Shown here one piece after another: positions 45,041-55,664 of a stretch of 64,000 nucleotides of DNA. Source of the stretch: an uncultured virus (IMG/VR IMGVR_UViG_3300025723_000029). Taxonomy: Duplodnaviria; Heunggongvirae; Uroviricota; Caudoviricetes. The stretch lies in IMG/VR virus record IMGVR_UViG_3300025723_000029. The stretch is one strand, 5' to 3'. How positions within the stretch are numbered: the stretch's first letter is position 1; every line of letters starts with the position of its first letter. The notes under the pieces were generated by a model that was not told the origin of the DNA, made no database searches, and worked only from the letters and a program-made list of their open reading frames with translations. The position numbers were made by a program, and so were the translations under genes.

Positions 45041-48000
45041 CAAATCACCCCGCTGCCAGGAGCAGTCTGCAGATTGGTGCTGGTCAGGGCTGTTATGACT
45101 TCTATGTCATTGACTGTGGCCCCGTTCACAAATATCTGGTTGGGTGCCGATCTGATTTCGTAAAGATCACCAAAGCTCTTTTGTGGATCCAACGGAACCA
45201 GGACCACGCTGCTCACTATGCCACCAATCTGTTGATGTATGTAAGCCGACAGTTCGCTGAAATAAAACGTGTCTCCAAAATTCCAGTTGGCCAGATCAAA
45301 ATAGGCGGCCATGGTGGCTACCACACTGTTTTTAATTTCAGTGATACTGGTTGTGCTCAAAGGATTTTGTATGACCTTGATAGTGGCTCTGAGTGCAACA
45401 TCGGCTTTCTGTCCAAACAAGGGTTGGAAATCAACCGAGTTCAAAATGACATTGTCGCTGATCATCTTGTAGGTGTCTAGTCCTTGATAGTCAGTACTCA
45501 GTTCATCAATAGTGGGCGGACTAGGCTCGCTCACTGTGCCAGTCACATCCTGGATCCAGTTTTGATAGGCTGTGTAGTAAGCATTGGTCACCAGATACAG
45601 ATCGATGATGTTGGTACTGCCCGGGTCAATACGACTAGACAGGGGACTGTTGTGTCTGTACTGGAAATAGAATCCTTGTCGACCCACTCGTGCTGCATAC
45701 GTGTTATCAACTGTGAGCATGTTGTTGCCTGTGCTATCTCGAGTGATAGTGTAAAATACCTGGTTGGTAATGGTGTTGCCGGGATACTGATTGTAGGCAT
45801 AAAAAGTCTGGCCCACAGTATATTGACTCAACGCCAACAAGATGCTGGCCTGGTTGGGATAACTGGTGTTGACTGTGCCAGGATCAACCAGGATATAGCG
45901 TTGTAAATTGTCAAAATCCACTGTTTGCTGGAAGAAGACCAATTTTTGATTGGAGTTGGTTGCGGGTGCGACCAGCTCATCAAAAAAGTCAGGATTGATT
46001 GGTACCGAGCTTCCGGGTTGGCTGGCAAATGAAATTTCTACCTGGAAGTCGTCGACCAGTCCATCGGTCAAAACTGGCTGAGCTATGATATTGACTATGC
46101 TGTCGTTGGGCAGGGGGTAGTTGGTATCGGGCTGAGTGTTGATTTTGAGCACATTGATATAATCCCGTATCACTGTGCCGGTACGACTGTCGTAGATTGG
46201 ATCTGCTGTGTAAAAGAAAAATCTAGTCTGGGCCACGCTGCCAAAAAAGTATTCTAGAGATCTTGATATCACTGTGTAGTTGTTGCCGTTGGTGGTGCAT
46301 TGTATCAACCAGCTGGCATCTGCATTGGTTCCGGATGTGTTTTGTGCGTTAGCAAGATCAAACGTGGCATTGGTTGCCAGATTTGAGCTGGTGATCACAT
46401 ACCAAGTGGCTGTGAGATTGTTGTAGCCCAGGCCAAAATTCTGATTGAGATAGATCTGATTGACCACGCTTTGTTTGACCGAGATTGGCAAATCTGTAAC
46501 CAGTGTAGGGATAACCAAACTGGCGACAGCACCTGTAGGTACAAATGTATTGAGCACCACTGGACCTACTCCGGTGGGCAAGTTGCCTAGGCCTTGACCG
46601 GTGCCTGACAGATAAACTGCGGTAGGGCTGGCCCAGATCTCAGTTTTCTCAGTGGGTGATGTGGCCGACCCAGGTCGTAGATTGTTGTCGGCATCAAAAT
46701 AATAACCGGACGGCGGAACAAACTTGATTAGGCTGCCAACTGTGATGTACCGGGCATTGTTGCTGGCCGCTGACCCCACAGGCACAGCATCGCCACTACT
46801 GTTTTTAAAATAGCCAGTGACTTCGTTGGTCATGGCCGTACTTTGTTGCCAACTGTAGTTGAGGTTCAACAGGTTGGGTCTAGGAAAATTGGCATAATAA
46901 AATTGTTGTAGGCCGGCCTGGGTCAACAGCGGATTGATCTGGTTGTAGACCACGCTGCTGATATCGTTGATGCTGAGCCAACTGAACAAGAATGCTGGAG
47001 TTAGATTGGTTTCATACATGGCGCCATCACTGGCAAATATGTTGGTGCTCGAGTACTTGCCAGTACCATCCACTAGGTCCAGATATCGGCTGGTTCCTAT
47101 GCTGGCTCGGTTCACAGCTGCGCTTTTCAAGATACTGTTGTACTGTGTGTAAGGAAAATTGGTATAATCCTCGCCATTGACCATTCTGTTTTGTGTATAG
47201 TACTGGGCCGGAGCACGTTGCTTGATATCGTTGATGGTTTCACGGGCCTGGGCGTTGGTTACCGGCTGAGTGATACCGCAGTTGAATGTGAGTGTTTCAA
47301 TCTGTCCAGTGCGACTCACATAGCTGATAGGAATCTGTATGTTCTGCATTTCCTGCGGATTAATGATATAGGTCAATCCGTTGCTGGCCCGCACATAGGT
47401 CCTGAATGTGCCCACCGGTATGGTGCTGAAAATGCCGTCGCCAAAATTCAGCGTGATTTGATCGTTATTTCTACTGGCTATGCTGTAGATCTGTTGGGTT
47501 CCAGCTGAGGTCTGCTGTGCTGCGGCCGCATACACGCTCTGCACAGGAAACCAAAAATTTTGCACGTTGCCCAAATTGTCCAACTGATACAACCATACGT
47601 CAGTGTTGTTGATACCATCTATGTTGATGTCTACGGCACGGTTGGTTATGCGTTCAACCAGATTGAAATCTTGATTTTGCAACGTGCCTTGCTTGAAGAA
47701 GAAAAAGAACCCGGTGTTGGCACTGGCAAATCCCAGCTGATCGTTGCGGAACAGGATGTTGAATCGACCGTCTGGAAGAGGAGGCGGTTCGTACACATAG
47801 TCCTGACCAGCACTGGTGGCATTGACAGCTTCAAACGGCATGCTGATGCCATCCACCACAGCAGTGTAAGGCACTACCGGTAGATAGCCCGGAACCAGAT
47901 TGATGGTATATTCTTGGGTGTTCACGCCCAGTATGGTCTGACTGGCAGCAGGACGTCCAAAACGTTGTGTGTTGAGCAGACTGGCATTCAGTATGGTCGT

Positions 48001-48468
48001 AAACTGTTCTTGCCAATCTAGATTGGTTGGATCGGCCCAGTTGACCGTGATGTTGCTGAGATTGACGCCGTTGTAGTCAACTAGATTTTCTGTGGTGCTG
48101 ATGCTGAATACCTTGAGATAGCCCGAAGCTTCGGTGTTTCTGAGAGGTACATAGCTGACCAAGTTCGACAGCTTGATCACACTGTCTCTACGCTCGGCTG
48201 TGCCTAGATAATTTTCTCTGTTGTTGAGATCGGTCCTGAAGGCCAAGCTCTGACCCATAAACGCCATCACATCCAACAGGGCTATAAATTCCGAACTTTC
48301 AATATAGTCGTTGAAGGTTTCTGGATAATACAAGCGCAAGTAATCCACAAAGGTCTTGCGCAGGGTTTCAAAATCATAGCTTTGGAAATTGGCTTCCTGA
48401 TAGGTCTGATAGATCTGTTTCCAGTCTTGAACTCCGAATATCGCAGTTTGTCTTGTAGTTGTGGCCAT
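45040..48468 (-). CDS. baseplate wedge subunit (T4 gp6-like)
   Basis: YDFETLR...FNDYIESSE..ALLD...ENYL.TAERRDSV; ET..DIKQRAP..YYTQNRMV..EDY; WNFGDTFYFSEL. Confidence 0.85.
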   Translation of the reverse strand: MATTTRQTAIFGVQDWKQIYQTYQEANFQSYDFETLRKTFVDYLRLYYPETFNDYIESSEFIALLDVMAFMGQSLAFRTDLNNRENYLGTAERRDSVIKLSNLVSYVPLRNTEASGYLKVFSISTTENLVDYNGVNLSNITVNWADPTNLDWQEQFTTILNASLLNTQRFGRPAASQTILGVNTQEYTINLVPGYLPVVPYTAVVDGISMPFEAVNATSAGQDYVYEPPPLPDGRFNILFRNDQLGFASANTGFFFFFKQGTLQNQDFNLVERITNRAVDINIDGINNTDVWLYQLDNLGNVQNFWFPVQSVYAAAAQQTSAGTQQIYSIASRNNDQITLNFGDGIFSTIPVGTFRTYVRASNGLTYIINPQEMQNIQIPISYVSRTGQIETLTFNCGITQPVTNAQARETINDIKQRAPAQYYTQNRMVNGEDYTNFPYTQYNSILKSAAVNRASIGTSRYLDLVDGTGKYSSTNIFASDGAMYETNLTPAFLFSWLSINDISSVVYNQINPLLTQAGLQQFYYANFPRPNLLNLNYSWQQSTAMTNEVTGYFKNSSGDAVPVGSAASNNARYITVGSLIKFVPPSGYYFDADNNLRPGSATSPTEKTEIWASPTAVYLSGTGQGLGNLPTGVGPVVLNTFVPTGAVASLVIPTLVTDLPISVKQSVVNQIYLNQNFGLGYNNLTATWYVITSSNLATNATFDLANAQNTSGTNADASWLIQCTTNGNNYTVISRSLEYFFGSVAQTRFFFYTADPIYDSRTGTVIRDYINVLKINTQPDTNYPLPNDSIVNIIAQPVLTDGLVDDFQVEISFASQPGSSVPINPDFFDELVAPATNSNQKLVFFQQTVDFDNLQRYILVDPGTVNTSYPNQASILLALSQYTVGQTFYAYNQYPGNTITNQVFYTITRDSTGNNMLTVDNTYAARVGRQGFYFQYRHNSPLSSRIDPGSTNIIDLYLVTNAYYTAYQNWIQDVTGTVSEPSPPTIDELSTDYQGLDTYKMISDNVILNSVDFQPLFGQKADVALRATIKVIQNPLSTTSITEIKNSVVATMAAYFDLANWNFGDTFYFSELSAYIHQQIGGIVSSVVLVPLDPQKSFGDLYEIRSAPNQIFVNGATVNDIEVITALTSTNLQTAPGSGVI

Positions 48469-48486
48469 ATGTATTCCAGTGTTGAG

Positions 48487-48494
48487 TATTTATG
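48487..48494 (-). promoter_or_regulatory. late promoter core
   Basis: CATAAATA in the intergenic region upstream of the gp6-like gene. Confidence 0.6.
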
Positions 48495-48514
48495 GACTTT
48501 AAAAACTACGTATA

Positions 48515-48889
48515 TTATAAGTAGCTGGCCATGTTCTGCGTCTGATCAAAAAAGATAGACAAACGTTGGGCATCGGTGCTGGGTACCACAGTCAATTGCA
48601 GTTGTATCAGTAGTCCGTTCTGTTGAGGGAATACTTCAATTGAACTGATATGGATCCTGGGATCGCCGCTGGCCACACGTTGCACTTCGTTGTACACAGC
48701 TTGTATGGTATCTTGAGTTTGATTCTCAAACACAAAGTTCCATAACGTGGTGCCATACCCGGGCACGCCTACCAGTTCTCCTTGGCGGATACTGAAAGCA
48801 TTCAACAAGTCTCGTTTGATCAATTCAAAATCGGTCAAGGTAAAATACTTGTTTTGATTGATGGTGTTGAATCCAATAAATGTGGCCAT
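48515..48889 (-). CDS. baseplate wedge subunit (T4 gp25/GPW family)
   Basis: LIKRDLLN...RQGE....P.YGT.LW..VFE...DPR motif. Confidence 0.85.
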   Translation of the reverse strand: MATFIGFNTINQNKYFTLTDFELIKRDLLNAFSIRQGELVGVPGYGTTLWNFVFENQTQDTIQAVYNEVQRVASGDPRIHISSIEVFPQQNGLLIQLQLTVVPSTDAQRLSIFFDQTQNMASYL

Positions 48890-48893
48890 GCTG

Positions 48894-48900
48894 TATTTAA
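48894..48900 (-). promoter_or_regulatory. late promoter core
   Basis: TTAAATA 4 nt before ATG 48889. Confidence 0.55.
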
Positions 48901-50927
48901 CCTATTAGATTGTTCAGAGAGTCTGATATTACGCCGCCGGCTTGTTTGGTTATATCTTGCACAGTACTGCTCACAGCGTTGGTAGCTGTTTGTTGTAGTT
49001 GACTCAGCAGTGCTCCGCCCTGACTCTTGAGATTTTGCAATATGTTAGAAGCGGCTGTTATATCGGCACTGGCATTGAGACTGATACTGTTGATTGATGG
49101 AAAATCAAACAGCGGAGTTGGCACCTTGGTGCTGCCAATGATTTTGGTCAATGCCACATCAAGAGTTCCTCTATCCACAGTATTGCTATAGCCGGCTGCC
49201 ACTTGTGTACTAGATACCAGACTGTCACCACCGCCACCAAATAGTCCGCCCAAGCTCCCAAGACTGCCCAGGGCTCCTAGACTGCTGAGACCGCCAAAAC
49301 TGCCCAACAAACTACCTACACCACCACCGCTCAACAGACTGGTCACTGAACTCAACCCACTGCCACTCAACAGGCCGGAGGCCACATCACCTATGCTACC
49401 ACCATTCAACAGGCCGGAGACCGCACTACCCAAACTACCACTGCCACTCAACAGGCCGGAGGCCACATCACCTATGCTACCACCATTCAACAGGCCGGAG
49501 ACCGCACTACCCAAGGGACCGGTGCTGCCAAGCAAATTGGTCACGGCGCCGCTACCTAGATTGGTCAAGCTGCTAATATCAAAATTTCCTAAATTGGATA
49601 GTGCCGCAGCAGGGTCGCTGAAAGCTGTGGCAAACTGTCCGGCCTTGCCGGTGATGTCGAGATTGCTGGTTAGATTGGATATGCTACTACCGATGTCGCC
49701 AGGCAGAGCATTCACTAGGCTGCTGCCAAGATCGAAAGTGCCCGAGGCCGGACCGGTAATACTGCCCAAAAGATTGTTGGCGATGTTGCTTGCTTGGCCG
49801 GTGATACCGCCCAACACAGATGAAACGGCGCCCGAGGACAATTGGCTCCAGGCTGCGGTGGCTGCTGATCCAAAACGACCAGCATTGGATACTAGAGCTC
49901 CTACATCTCCAATTGCAGTATTGGTCAAATTGCTGATTATACCACTGGTGTTGGTAAAATTGCCAACAGCATTGGTAATAGCATTGACAGCACCAGACGA
50001 TATGCTGTTGATGTTGGTCAACGGACTGCTCAGCAAACTGGCTATGGCAGTACCCGACAAAGCAGATGACACCGAACTGGGCACCGAGAGACTGGCACCG
50101 ATGCTGGCACCCAGCGCACTCACTGTCTGCAGACCGCTTTGACTGAAGATTTGACCTACCGAAGTGGTCAGGCTCTGAGCGGTAGCAGGCAAAATTGTTC
50201 CACTGGACACCAAGCTGTTGTATCCAGTTTGCAACAGATAATTTTGTGCATCTGTTTGTGACCCGGCGTTGTTCAAGAAATCGGTGACCGATTTTATTCC
50301 GTTTTTACCTGTCCAGATTCCAGCAGCCGACAGTACCGAGGTCATGGGCGATGGATCAAATATGAATCTTTGCCAAGTACCGGGCTTGACATATCCGGCC
50401 TGTTCCAGTTGTACACAACTGAATCCGTATTGGCCTACTCCTTTGTCGTCGGTCATGACCGTGGCCGGTTGATCCACTAGATTGCTTATCTGTGCCAGGA
50501 TACCTTGAACCTGATTGCTGCTCAAGGGTCCGATGGGGTTGGGAGCCAAAGTTCCTGTTGCCACATTGACCAAGTCAGCTTGACCGACAGGGTTGACCAA
50601 GGGCGTGGCAGTCAAATTGGGCAGACCCTGTGAGATTGACACACCATTGGCTGCAGTCGAGACCAGGTTGACAGTGGGAATGTTGTTGACTATGGCCACT
50701 ATGGCCTGTGTGTCGACTCCGGCTGTGCCTCTATCCAGCCGGCTGAGAGCAAACTTGGTCACTGTTTCAGTGGCACTGGTCAAGGTCTGTCCTGGACTGT
50801 AACCCACAAATGCGCCTGCAGCCACTTGACTGTAAAAGATCTGGTCGGCTTGCAACTGCGTGGTACCCGTGGGTGCAGTCATGCGGAACGTGGATCCTGA
50901 AGGAAGGGTGTAATTGAATACGCTCAT
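48897..50927 (-). CDS. baseplate-associated protein with Gly/Ser-rich low-complexity repeats
   Basis: 676 aa between gp5-like and gp25-like genes; central VGQYGF...LEQAGYVKPG...WTGKNG domain; GS-rich C-terminal half. Confidence 0.75.
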   Translation of the reverse strand: MSVFNYTLPSGSTFRMTAPTGTTQLQADQIFYSQVAAGAFVGYSPGQTLTSATETVTKFALSRLDRGTAGVDTQAIVAIVNNIPTVNLVSTAANGVSISQGLPNLTATPLVNPVGQADLVNVATGTLAPNPIGPLSSNQVQGILAQISNLVDQPATVMTDDKGVGQYGFSCVQLEQAGYVKPGTWQRFIFDPSPMTSVLSAAGIWTGKNGIKSVTDFLNNAGSQTDAQNYLLQTGYNSLVSSGTILPATAQSLTTSVGQIFSQSGLQTVSALGASIGASLSVPSSVSSALSGTAIASLLSSPLTNINSISSGAVNAITNAVGNFTNTSGIISNLTNTAIGDVGALVSNAGRFGSAATAAWSQLSSGAVSSVLGGITGQASNIANNLLGSITGPASGTFDLGSSLVNALPGDIGSSISNLTSNLDITGKAGQFATAFSDPAAALSNLGNFDISSLTNLGSGAVTNLLGSTGPLGSAVSGLLNGGSIGDVASGLLSGSGSLGSAVSGLLNGGSIGDVASGLLSGSGLSSVTSLLSGGGVGSLLGSFGGLSSLGALGSLGSLGGLFGGGGDSLVSSTQVAAGYSNTVDRGTLDVALTKIIGSTKVPTPLFDFPSINSISLNASADITAASNILQNLKSQGGALLSQLQQTATNAVSSTVQDITKQAGGVISDSLNNLIG
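49357..49514. repeat. perfect 77-nt direct repeat (81-nt period)
   Basis: 49357-49433 is identical to 49438-49514; encodes LGSAVSGLLNGGSIGDVASGLLSGSG twice. Confidence 0.92.
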
Positions 50928-52435
50928 GATATCTTGGTTATCGAAACTCCGACTGGTAAATCTGGCGCATCTATAGGTGGGCTGGGTTGGCCGCTGACCC
51001 CTAGACTGGTCTGGTTGTTTACACCTTGATTATGGTACGGGTAAGGTTCATGAGTGGGCGCTCGCGTGACACAACTCTTGGTGCCAGTGGGACTTACCTG
51101 CCAACCGGTGCTGGGGTTGAATGTGGTATTGGGTTGTAGATAATCAGTGATGCCTTTGGGAGCCGAAGCCGGCAGTCCTGGACCACTATTGAGCAACAAC
51201 AAGGTGCCACTGAGACTGAGTGCAGCACCTGCACTCCAGCTGCCCAACTGACTCTTGATGGCCATGGTGCCACCGGTCTTGATATCCATGCTTTTTTGTC
51301 CAAACAGCTTGAGTCCGCCCTTGCATGCCAAGTCAGCATCCGTGTCGCTCTGTATGCTGGTACCTTTGGCACTTTTGAGATTCATTTTGCCACCGGCAAA
51401 TATGTTGACATCTTGATCGGCATGCAAGTTGATAGTGCCTTCGGTTCGCAGATTGACTGAATTGGTTGTGAACACATCCAAGGTGCCTTCTTGACCCAGT
51501 TCTACCCAGGCCTGACCGTTGGCATGGCAGATGTAGAAAAAATTACCGTCGTCGCTCATGGTGATCTGATGTCCTTTGCTGGTGCGTATCCGGATCAGAT
51601 TGTCAGTACCGTCTTGCGCTCCATCGTCCATGACCAAGGTGTGACCGCCCCGACGACCGATCACGTTGATACTGTCCAGGCTGATGGCATCTAGAGTCTT
51701 GGCATCGGCAGTGTCGCCCAGGCCACCTTGGTAGATTGCACGCCCCGGTGTGCTTATTCCATAACAGTGACTGGGGCTTTCGCGTTGCGCACTGGACCCA
51801 ATGGGTCCACGCATGACATCGTTGTTGAGTCCTTGCTGGAACAGAATCGCGGCCACATAGCTGTGAACTGGTTTGGTGTCATTGAAAAACGTGGCGCTTT
51901 CACTGGTTTTGGGATTTTCTGGGCTGTCGTTGATTTCGGTGACCGGCAGTCGCGAGCTGTTGGCCAGATACGCAGCCTGTGTTGAATTCTGCGCGGCAGC
52001 CTTGTTGGCGGCCACCGATCCAATGGCCGGGATCATGTGAGTGACTCCGTTGTTGGGCAAGCATCCTATGTAATAGCCGTTGCCGGGATCATCATTGATA
52101 AAGATACAGATTACCTGCACACCAATATCGGGTGTGGTAAACCACATGCCGTAGCTTTGTGAGTTTCCGTCCAGGAAAGTGCCGGTTCCGGCAGTGCCAC
52201 CTTGCGGTGTGGCTCCGTAAAATGGAGTCACGTAACTGACCCATTTCCAGGCCGTTTCATCTTCCTCGTTGGCTCCAAATGCCGTGATATAGACCTGCAA
52301 ACGACCCATGCGTGTGGGGTCAGTGTTGTTTTTGACTATGCCAATATACGGGCCGCCAGTGCCAGGTGTGCCACCGCGATTCTGATCAAATGTTTTAGGT
52401 GTGCCACGACTGCGTTGATAATTTTGTAAACCCAT
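50924..52435 (-). CDS. baseplate hub/central spike (T4 gp5/VgrG-like, no lysozyme domain)
   Basis: GIVKNNTDPTRMGRLQV OB-fold, YGMW..PDIG, GHTLVMDD, beta-helix-like repeats, C-terminal PTHEPYPYH. Confidence 0.8.
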   Translation of the reverse strand: MGLQNYQRSRGTPKTFDQNRGGTPGTGGPYIGIVKNNTDPTRMGRLQVYITAFGANEEDETAWKWVSYVTPFYGATPQGGTAGTGTFLDGNSQSYGMWFTTPDIGVQVICIFINDDPGNGYYIGCLPNNGVTHMIPAIGSVAANKAAAQNSTQAAYLANSSRLPVTEINDSPENPKTSESATFFNDTKPVHSYVAAILFQQGLNNDVMRGPIGSSAQRESPSHCYGISTPGRAIYQGGLGDTADAKTLDAISLDSINVIGRRGGHTLVMDDGAQDGTDNLIRIRTSKGHQITMSDDGNFFYICHANGQAWVELGQEGTLDVFTTNSVNLRTEGTINLHADQDVNIFAGGKMNLKSAKGTSIQSDTDADLACKGGLKLFGQKSMDIKTGGTMAIKSQLGSWSAGAALSLSGTLLLLNSGPGLPASAPKGITDYLQPNTTFNPSTGWQVSPTGTKSCVTRAPTHEPYPYHNQGVNNQTSLGVSGQPSPPIDAPDLPVGVSITKIS

Positions 52436-52466
52436 GTGTTTTTCTTTCTGTCAGTTACTTTACATA

Positions 52467-54050
52467 TCAATTGCTATAGTTGTTGGGATTCAATGGATTG
52501 TTTGGTGCCAACGGAGTACGATTTCCTGAAAAAGGTCCGCCGGGTTGTCGTGCTTGCAAGAACGGATTGAATGATGTGCCATTTGGACGGACTATACTGG
52601 CTGCCATGCCAACCGCGGCCTGATCCTGTTGTTGTGACGGTTTTAATGGAGTAGTGCCCGTGAGAGGTGGTGGCGATGTTGGTTTCGTTTTTGGTGCAAC
52701 ACGTTCTACTGGTGCAGTGCTGTTGGCCTGATCTGGTTTGCTTTCGATCAAGAGCTTGCCTTCCAGTTCTTGTTCAAACTTGCCACGGCTGAAAAAACTT
52801 CTACATTCAGATGCATAATAGGTATTGTTGACCTTGGGTCTTCCTTGGGTGTTGTTTAGATCCATCACACCAGTGGCAAAATCGTAATCGGCTGGCTGAT
52901 TCCAGTTGATGTCAAAATTCACCATCTGGCTGTCGTAATTTATGCTGCCATCGGCATTGAATGGATCAAATGTGAACTGCTGTGCTGTGACCCCGGTAGT
53001 GACCGATCCTTGCTGTAGCCAGGCCGGGTCCCCCACTATCCTGATTTTGGCCAAGGCATAATCTGTCTGGCTGTAAAGGAAATCTGCGGCACTGTCGGCT
53101 GCTGCATTGGTATAGGTTCCGGTCTGTTGGCCAGTTTTTTCGTTGGTAGTGGGCATGGCTGTTTTGCTGTATTGCTCACGATAATTGATGGCCACAGCAC
53201 TGTTTATCTGTGTTGCCTGGCTGCCATTCATTATGATCTTGTACAATGCATCGTATTTTTGTTCAAAACTCAGTACCTCGGTATTTTGCCCAGTGAACCA
53301 ATAGTTGTAGCTCTTGTGACTGCCTCTATATCGGCTGTCAGGAAAATAGTCGCTCACCATCTTGGTTATCGAATACGGAGTGATCACAAAGGTCATGTGA
53401 TAGGCAAAATCTCGCCGCAGATTGTCAAATCCCAGACTGACAGCCTGCACACTGACGTTGTACCAGGCTATGATGCCGTTGCTGGTGCTGGGTATGTTTT
53501 TTTGCGTGTTGGCATCAATCTGCGCGGTTGCTTGCTGGCTGATGTATTCACTGCTGCGCATGATCTGATCAATGACCTGGATGATTTGTGTGCCGGCCTG
53601 TACGTCCCAGTTTTGACTGTTGCTGCTTACTGCATCAGTTGTTGAATCTAGTGCTTGTCTGGCTGTGGCAGCGTTTTTGCCAGCGGTTTTTGATCGATCG
53701 GTACTGCCAGCTTTCTTGACCTTGCTGCTGCCCAGTGCGATTGGATTGAATTGGAATTCATAAAAGTCAGCAATTTGATAGATGCCGTCTTTGACCAACT
53801 GGTTCTGATAGGTGTTAAGGGCTTCGGCCAGACCGGTAAAGGCATAGTTGGAATTGCCAGTGGGTGCCGACGTGGCTTTGGCTGGCGGTGATGCAGGATC
53901 AACTGCGGTTGGTTGCTGTGGCTGTCGTACACCGGGTATCTTGAGATCAGCAGGTGTCTTGGGAGTCTCCAGCAACGGATTGCCCCGCTGTAGATAGGTG
54001 TTGGTGGCTGTGATGTAGGCATTCTGTGGTTTGTTGGTGAGATCAGTCAT
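52467..54050 (-). CDS. putative baseplate hub protein (C-terminal-type half)
   Basis: 527 aa; Y.Y.FTGQNTEVL.F, IVGDPAWL, F..GKFEQ.L.G; directly upstream of the gp5-like gene. Confidence 0.6.
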   Translation of the reverse strand: MTDLTNKPQNAYITATNTYLQRGNPLLETPKTPADLKIPGVRQPQQPTAVDPASPPAKATSAPTGNSNYAFTGLAEALNTYQNQLVKDGIYQIADFYEFQFNPIALGSSKVKKAGSTDRSKTAGKNAATARQALDSTTDAVSSNSQNWDVQAGTQIIQVIDQIMRSSEYISQQATAQIDANTQKNIPSTSNGIIAWYNVSVQAVSLGFDNLRRDFAYHMTFVITPYSITKMVSDYFPDSRYRGSHKSYNYWFTGQNTEVLSFEQKYDALYKIIMNGSQATQINSAVAINYREQYSKTAMPTTNEKTGQQTGTYTNAAADSAADFLYSQTDYALAKIRIVGDPAWLQQGSVTTGVTAQQFTFDPFNADGSINYDSQMVNFDINWNQPADYDFATGVMDLNNTQGRPKVNNTYYASECRSFFSRGKFEQELEGKLLIESKPDQANSTAPVERVAPKTKPTSPPPLTGTTPLKPSQQQDQAAVGMAASIVRPNGTSFNPFLQARQPGGPFSGNRTPLAPNNPLNPNNYSN

Positions 54051-54052
54051 GG

Positions 54053-55663
54053 CTAGTATATTCCAGGAGTGTCACTATAGGTTAAACTATTACCCGCATT
54101 AAATGTTCCAAACTGTGTGATTTGCTGTTCAGCAGTTATAACTGTTGCTATAGTTGTGCTGGCATTGCCTGGTGGGGTTGTTGTTGTAACACGACCATCC
54201 TGTTTTGGAACCAGACCAGCCTGCGCCGGTTTACCGATCAAGAGGTCCTTGACCGTGTTTCCGCTTAACTGGAAATTGTATGGCACTGTGCCGCGTGCCT
54301 GGGCAAAGGCCAGCTGACCCCTAGGCACACATTCCACATGATATTCGATGCCGCGACTGTTGGAACCCGGAGCCATGGTAAAAGTGATGTTGACCAGCTG
54401 GAACGGATAGATTTTTTGTACTATGGCCTGTTGACTGCCGTTGGTTCCCATGATGGGTGCCTGCAGATTGCCCTGTGCGTCATAGCCGTAGAATCGTATC
54501 ACAAGACAATACATGGCCTGTAGATAGTTTGGTGGTTGTATGGATATAGGAGCTTGTCCGGGTTTGTACAGCAGATTCTGTGCAGGATCATAGTCCCCGG
54601 TATTGTCGTATCCATACAGTGCAGACACAGCCGAATACAAATTGCTGACCAAGGTCACACCGTTGGGTTCGGTGACCTTGAACTTGATACTGGTAGCAGT
54701 GTGAGCCATTTGTGTGCCGCCCTGCGGAATCAAGGTGTGTATTTCAAGATCGTCCATGTAATAATCTAATGGAAAAAACTGATTACGAATGGGCAGGTTG
54801 TTGTTGGCAGCAGTGGCTCCTGTGGTCTGTACCGGTGCTCCGCCGCTTTGCATCAACAGGCTCCAGCCACCCACGTTACGATTTCCGCTCTTGATCAGAT
54901 CATTGTATTGAGAATCGGTCATAAGATACCAGCTGAGCTGATAGGTGTAGCTGGCAAACTGATCCAGCACATTGGGCTGTGTGGGTATGCGTTGATTGGT
55001 ATTGGACTGGAAGGCAAAGCGTATGATGTCCTGGGCCGAAGTACCAATACCATCACTGTTGGGGGCACCTTGGCCGGGCTGGCTGGCAGCGCTGGCCCGG
55101 AATTCGTTGCCAAGTATGGTATTAGCACCGACTCCACCAGGCAACAGGTTGTTCACTGTGGAAAAAGGCGGAGTGGCCTGACTCTGACTCAAACTCAGGC
55201 TCTGGTTGGCCGGCAAGCCCGATGTCAACAGGCGATTGTTGGTCCCCACAAACCGACTGGCCAGACCACCAATGCTGAACCCCTGGGCCGCAAGGCTGTT
55301 GTTGGCAACAGTAACCACAGTGTTGGCAATCGTTTCTGCCCCCACAATTGAGGTCACTGGTGAGGTGAGAACTGGTGGATTTTGACTGATGGCTCCTTCG
55401 TCGCGAGCATCTGCGGCCTCGACCACAATCTGGGCAGCACTGTCTTGTGGTTGGGCGGTTGCTGACAGCATTGCTGCAAAACCGAGTTGTCCGCCCTGTG
55501 CTACATATTGAGCATAGGCCTGTGCATTCAACGTGCCAGAGTAAGCACTAGAATAGGTGTCGTTGCCCAGTTGAATAGACGCCGAAATAGCCGCCATTTG
55601 TGCCAGCGACAAAGACTGCCCTGGTACATAAGGTTCACCGCCAATCAAAATTTGTGTAGCCAT
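54053..55663 (-). CDS. putative baseplate hub protein (N-terminal-type half)
   Basis: From ATG 55663; PNVLDQFASYTY, F.VTEP.G, IRFYGYD; follows the gp53-like gene. Confidence 0.6.
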   Translation of the reverse strand: MATQILIGGEPYVPGQSLSLAQMAAISASIQLGNDTYSSAYSGTLNAQAYAQYVAQGGQLGFAAMLSATAQPQDSAAQIVVEAADARDEGAISQNPPVLTSPVTSIVGAETIANTVVTVANNSLAAQGFSIGGLASRFVGTNNRLLTSGLPANQSLSLSQSQATPPFSTVNNLLPGGVGANTILGNEFRASAASQPGQGAPNSDGIGTSAQDIIRFAFQSNTNQRIPTQPNVLDQFASYTYQLSWYLMTDSQYNDLIKSGNRNVGGWSLLMQSGGAPVQTTGATAANNNLPIRNQFFPLDYYMDDLEIHTLIPQGGTQMAHTATSIKFKVTEPNGVTLVSNLYSAVSALYGYDNTGDYDPAQNLLYKPGQAPISIQPPNYLQAMYCLVIRFYGYDAQGNLQAPIMGTNGSQQAIVQKIYPFQLVNITFTMAPGSNSRGIEYHVECVPRGQLAFAQARGTVPYNFQLSGNTVKDLLIGKPAQAGLVPKQDGRVTTTTPPGNASTTIATVITAEQQITQFGTFNAGNSLTYSDTPGIY

Positions 55664-55664
55664 G

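Noticed and set aside
49393..50142. 249-aa Pro/Leu-rich plus-strand ORF with repeats
   Set aside because: Mirror of the Gly/Ser repeat protein on the minus strand
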